Below the pieces are notes generated by a model. It was not told where the DNA came from, made no database searches, and saw only the letters and a program-made list of their open reading frames with translations. A stretch of 39,409 nucleotides of DNA from Octopus bimaculoides (lineage: Eukaryota). The stretch spans positions 34,306,160 through 34,345,568 of the forward strand of contig NC_068983.1 in the NCBI RefSeq assembly GCF_001194135.2, written 5' to 3'. Of this stretch, positions 35,385 to 39,409 are shown piece after piece (within the stretch, counting starts at the first letter, position 1; each line of letters opens with the position of its first letter). Both the position numbers and the translations under genes were made by a program.

Positions 35385-37353
35385 TTTATATATATATATA
35401 TTTATATTTATATATTTATATATTTGATCCTTTATATTGAACACTCAATATTTCATCTACATTCAATACTTTCTTTCATGGTGCCATCCATTTTTATGTT
35501 ATTTTATTATATATGGTATATTGTATATCATATTATATATTGTATATTCCATATTCTATACCCCACATTAGTTCTGCAGGAATATAAGTAAAACATAAAA
35601 AACAGACAGTGTTGGAACTCTTTTAAGCAAAAAAATATATNNNNNNNNNNNNNNNNNNNNNNNNNNNNNNNNNNNNNNNNNNNNNNNNNNNNNNNNNNNN
35701 NNNNNNNNNNNNNNNNNNNNNNNNNNNNNNNNNNNNNNNNNNNNNNNNNNNNNNNNNNNNNNNNNNNNNNNNNNNNNNNNNNNNNNNNNNNNNNNNNNNN
35801 NNNNNNNNNNNNNNNNNNNNNNNNNNNNNNNNNNNNNNNNNNNNNNNNNNNNNNNNNNNNNNNNNNNNNNNNNNNNNNNNNNNNNNNNNNNNNNNNNNNN
35901 NNNNNNNNNNNNNNNNNNNNNNNNNNNNNNNNNNNNNNNNNNNNNNNNNNNNNNNNNNNNNNNNNNNNNNNNNNNNNNNNNNNNNNNNNNNNNNNNNNNN
36001 NNNNNNNNNNNNNNNNNNNNNNNNNNNNNNNNNNNNNNNNNNNNNNNNNNNNNNNNNNNNNNNNNNNNNNNNNNNNNNNNNNNNNNNNNNNNNNNNNNNN
36101 NNNNNNNNNNNNNNNNNNNNNNNNNNNNNNNNNNNNNNNNNNNNNNNNNNNNNNNNNNNNNNNNNNNNNNNNNNNNNNNNNNNNNNNNNNNNNNNNNNNN
36201 NNNNNNNNNNNNNNNNNNNNNNNNNNNNNNNNNNNNNNNNNNNNNNNNNNNNNNNNNNNNNNNNNNNNNNNNNNNNNNNNNNNNNNNNNNNNNNNNNNNN
36301 NNNNNNNNNNNNNNNNNNNNNNNNNNNNNNNNNNNNNNNNNNNNNNNNNNNNNNNNNNNNNNNNNNNNNNNNNNNNNNNNNNNNNNNNNNNNNNNNNNNN
36401 NNNNNNNNNNNNNNNNNNNNNNNNNNNNNNNNNNNNNNNNNNNNNNNNNNNNNNNNNNNNNNNNNNNNNNNNNNNNNNNNNNNNNNNNNNNNNNNNNNNN
36501 NNNNNNNNNNNNNNNNNNNNNNNNNNNNNNNNNNNNNNNNNNNNNNNNNNNNNNNNNNNNNNNNNNNNNNNNNNNNNNNNNNNNNNNNNNNNNNNNNNNN
36601 NNNNNNNNNNNTATATATATATATATATATATATTGTACGACTCTTTTACACTTTTACTCTTTCTTTTAGCTTTTTAGCTCTCTGCACACTTTCTTCTTT
36701 CTTTTCACTTTTCCTTTTCTTTGCTGCCCCTTTCCAACATTTCTTGTCCTTTTCTTCATTCTCACCACTTTCCGTCTTCTTTTACCACCCTATGTCTTTT
36801 CTCTATGTCCCTTTCCTTTCTTTTCCTTTCTTTCTCGTCCCTCACAAATTCTTCAATCCCTCTGTCCTCTACCTCTCTCCCCTCCTTGCACGTGGCCAGT
36901 GTTCGGCCCAGCCTGACCTTGCTCTCTTTGTTCGCTTTCCATCCGTGTAGCATCTCGTATATTCCTTCCCATGACTTTCATCTTTTTATGCTCCTGCCGT
37001 AAGGTCTCACGCCATACAGGCCAGTTTAATTTAATTCGGTCTTAGTCGAAAGACACCTGTTGATAAGTTTTTGTTGTTTGTATTTGTAATTGTGTGCCAC
37101 TCCTCCGTTTTTTACGTCTTTGTTTTCATATACATTCACTTGCTTTCTTCCAAAGAATCTAGCGCTCTTAGTTTAGAATTTCTTGGGGCTGGCGAGATTG
37201 GAGGAGCCTCGAGTGTAACCAGCCGAAACTGCAAGGATGATCAGGAACTCCACTGACGTCAGAAAAATCCGAATAACCCGTTCTTGTTTTTTCCTGTCTT
37301 TTTTTTCTATGTTTTGTTGTCGCCTATTACGATCTTGTTCCATATTCTTGTTT

Positions 37354-37421
<68 letters not shown>

Positions 37422-37444
37422 TGTTTGTGTTTGTGTGTGTGTGT

Positions 37445-37805
37445 GGAGAGGCATTGGCCCAGTGGTTAGGGCAGTGGACTCGCGGTCATAAGATCGCGGT
37501 TTCGATTTACATAGTTGTGTGTATTGAGTGAGAACACGTAAAGCACCACGAGGCTCCGGCAAGGGTAGTGGTGAACCCTGCTGTATTCTTTCACCACAAC
37601 TTTCTCTCACACATTCTTCTTGTTTTTGTTGTACCTGTATTTCAAAAGATCTGCCTTGTCACACTCTGTGTTACGCTGCATCTTTGCGAGTTCTACGTTA
37701 AGCGTACACGTGTCTTTGGAGTGCTCAGCCATTTGCAGGTTAATTTTCCGAGCAGGCTATTCCGTTGGTAAGATCAACTGGAACCTTTGTCGACGAAGTG
37801 CCACG
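37445..37805 (+). mobile_element. tRNA-derived SINE (second family)
   Basis: A box tggcccagtgg (37455-37465) and B box-like ggtttcgattt (37498-37508), then a ~300-bp non-tRNA body; preceded by (GT)n. Confidence 0.88.
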
Positions 37806-37939
37806 ATATATATATATGCACATGGATATAAACAGATATAAGTATACATTATCTTATATAAATATCAATTCCTGCATCTTTAGACACACACAAATATACA
37901 TACAAACTCTTGTGTTAGTCTGTGTGTGCCTGTGTGCGT

Positions 37940-38790
37940 TCTCGCGTTATATATGAAGCACTGAGTGAGAGAGTAGTTATTGTTCACATGATCTGTGCAT
38001 TTTATCTTTCGCCATATTTCCTCAAAGATGTGTATCCTACCTGCGTATTTTCTGTTGTCTGCGACATGCTGCACTATTAAAAGTTTCAATAAATAATGGT
38101 CCAGAGTTGAAACTAATTATGTATTAGAAGTATGTCTTCTTTACTTCACAGTTTCATTCATCTTTCTCTCATAAACTAACATAAGTGTTCTGGAATAGAA
38201 AGCACTTTCTATGCACAAGCTGATGCTGTATGTTACTCTTTCATTGTCTGGTCATTGCTTCATTATTACTGTTCCAGATATGCTTTCTTGTTCGTTTTTC
38301 CGCCCTATTCTATTAGATACTTTTTTCTCCTGTATCTCTTAAGTCATTCGTTATTCTACCAATTCTCATTCTTTCAGTCTTTCGGTCCTGTGTTCAAATA
38401 CGTCTTTCTATTTCAGTTCATTTTTTTTTTTCCACAAAAATCTGTCATATGGAACTTTCTGCCTTCTTATTTCTCTGATAAATACATTCTTAATTCTCGT
38501 AAATCCTGTATTGATTGCTTTATGATTATTACGACTGCTTTTCATTCGACTTTTTCTTTCCTTTCCTTTCTCCACTCCCTACATAATAAGTGTTTGTTTG
38601 AAGCCTGTTTGTTCTTTTACTCACTGCTTGCTGATATATTAGGAGTGACTCCCAATATAAGATCCGTGATTGCTATAATTCTTTTCTTTTTACATATCTC
38701 CATCATAGCAATGTATTTACTTATTTCTCAGTCACATTCTTGGATGCTTCTCGACGTTTCATTTACATTTCTTTATTGTCAATAAAAACT
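37940..38790 (-). mobile_element. Possible CR1/L2-type LINE ORF1 3' half and ORF2 start
   Basis: A-rich minus strand; SNRIGRK...TVIMK (HRIG...PIIVK-like) and LTQCFIYNART (LKC.Y.NARS-like APE start). Many stops. Confidence 0.35.
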
Positions 38791-39160
38791 AAGACAGAGG
38801 ATTAATTTCTAATTAGTATTTGAGTGTTTACCAACTCAGTTCGAAAGAAAATACATTTTGATGGCAAATATCCTACTTTGGCCATTTCATTTTTCCATTG
38901 TCATCAACAAGACTTAGAAAATATTTAAGTTGCTAATTATCTACTGAAACGTTTCATGATGTAAGTATCGATTTTCATTCTCGTCTCAACTATAAACGTT
39001 TCCAATTTGCTATCATTGATTTAGTCCTCCTATTCTGTTATAATTATTTGTTCACTCATCACCGAGAGGACATGCAGACCTCTGGATTCGTTTGGAAATC
39101 AGAAATATGCAACACATTTGATAATACAATAAATTCCGTCCGTAATTTACTGCCTCAACA

Positions 39161-39310
<150 letters not shown>

Positions 39311-39409
39311 TTATGTTTGACTTTTGTTTTGCATTTGTACAAGTTGGATCCAAGTCTCACCCAGAGACCTCAAGAGACAACAAGTTAGAAGTTCATGTAG
39401 GTGTTATGC
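39311..39409 (-). mobile_element. Probable RLE/Dong-like LINE 3' UTR ending in (TAA)n
   Basis: Minus strand ...gtctcttgaggtctctgggtgagacttgg...aaacataaa runs directly into (TAA)n; loosely similar to the 3' UTR at ~6005-6100. The window ends before any coding sequence. Confidence 0.5.

Noticed and set aside
36860-37060. Purine-rich minus strand resembling a LINE ORF1 zinc knuckle
   Set aside because: No complete CCHC motif, and it lies next to a gap and low-complexity DNA.
37200-37265. GAAA...CTGACGT, type II hammerhead-like order
   Set aside because: The core has T instead of A9 and stems I and III do not pair.
37445-37520. tRNA-like A and B boxes
   Set aside because: No acceptor stem, and the sequence continues into a SINE body.
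38255-38785. 176-aa hydrophobic plus-strand ORF, the longest without gaps
   Set aside because: It is the T-rich antisense shadow of an A-rich LINE-like minus strand, with no recognisable motifs in order.

Overview
AT-rich, microsatellite-dense eukaryotic DNA with four assembly gaps. The SINE and LINE families resemble octopus (coleoid cephalopod) repeats; this assignment is inferred from remembered repeat sequences, not a database search. I find no intact protein-coding gene, and most ORFs in the track are microsatellite or antisense artefacts. The window is mainly a transposon graveyard: CR1/L2, RTE, R4/Dong-like and other RLE-type LINEs next to simple repeats, a Penelope-like RT, a mariner and tRNA-derived SINEs. 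Structure not shown by the ORF track: (1) a ~360-bp Helentron-type non-autonomous element carrying two oppositely oriented, internally deleted Tx1-like LINEs, each with a target-site duplication; (2) a 460-bp repeat unit containing a near-canonical type I hammerhead ribozyme, plus several other hammerhead cores; (3) a ~185-bp-arm inverted repeat; (4) a decayed single-exon rhodopsin-like GPCR pseudogene at 19090-20133 (-), with weaker GPCR-like relics on the same strand. All translations and alignments were done by eye.
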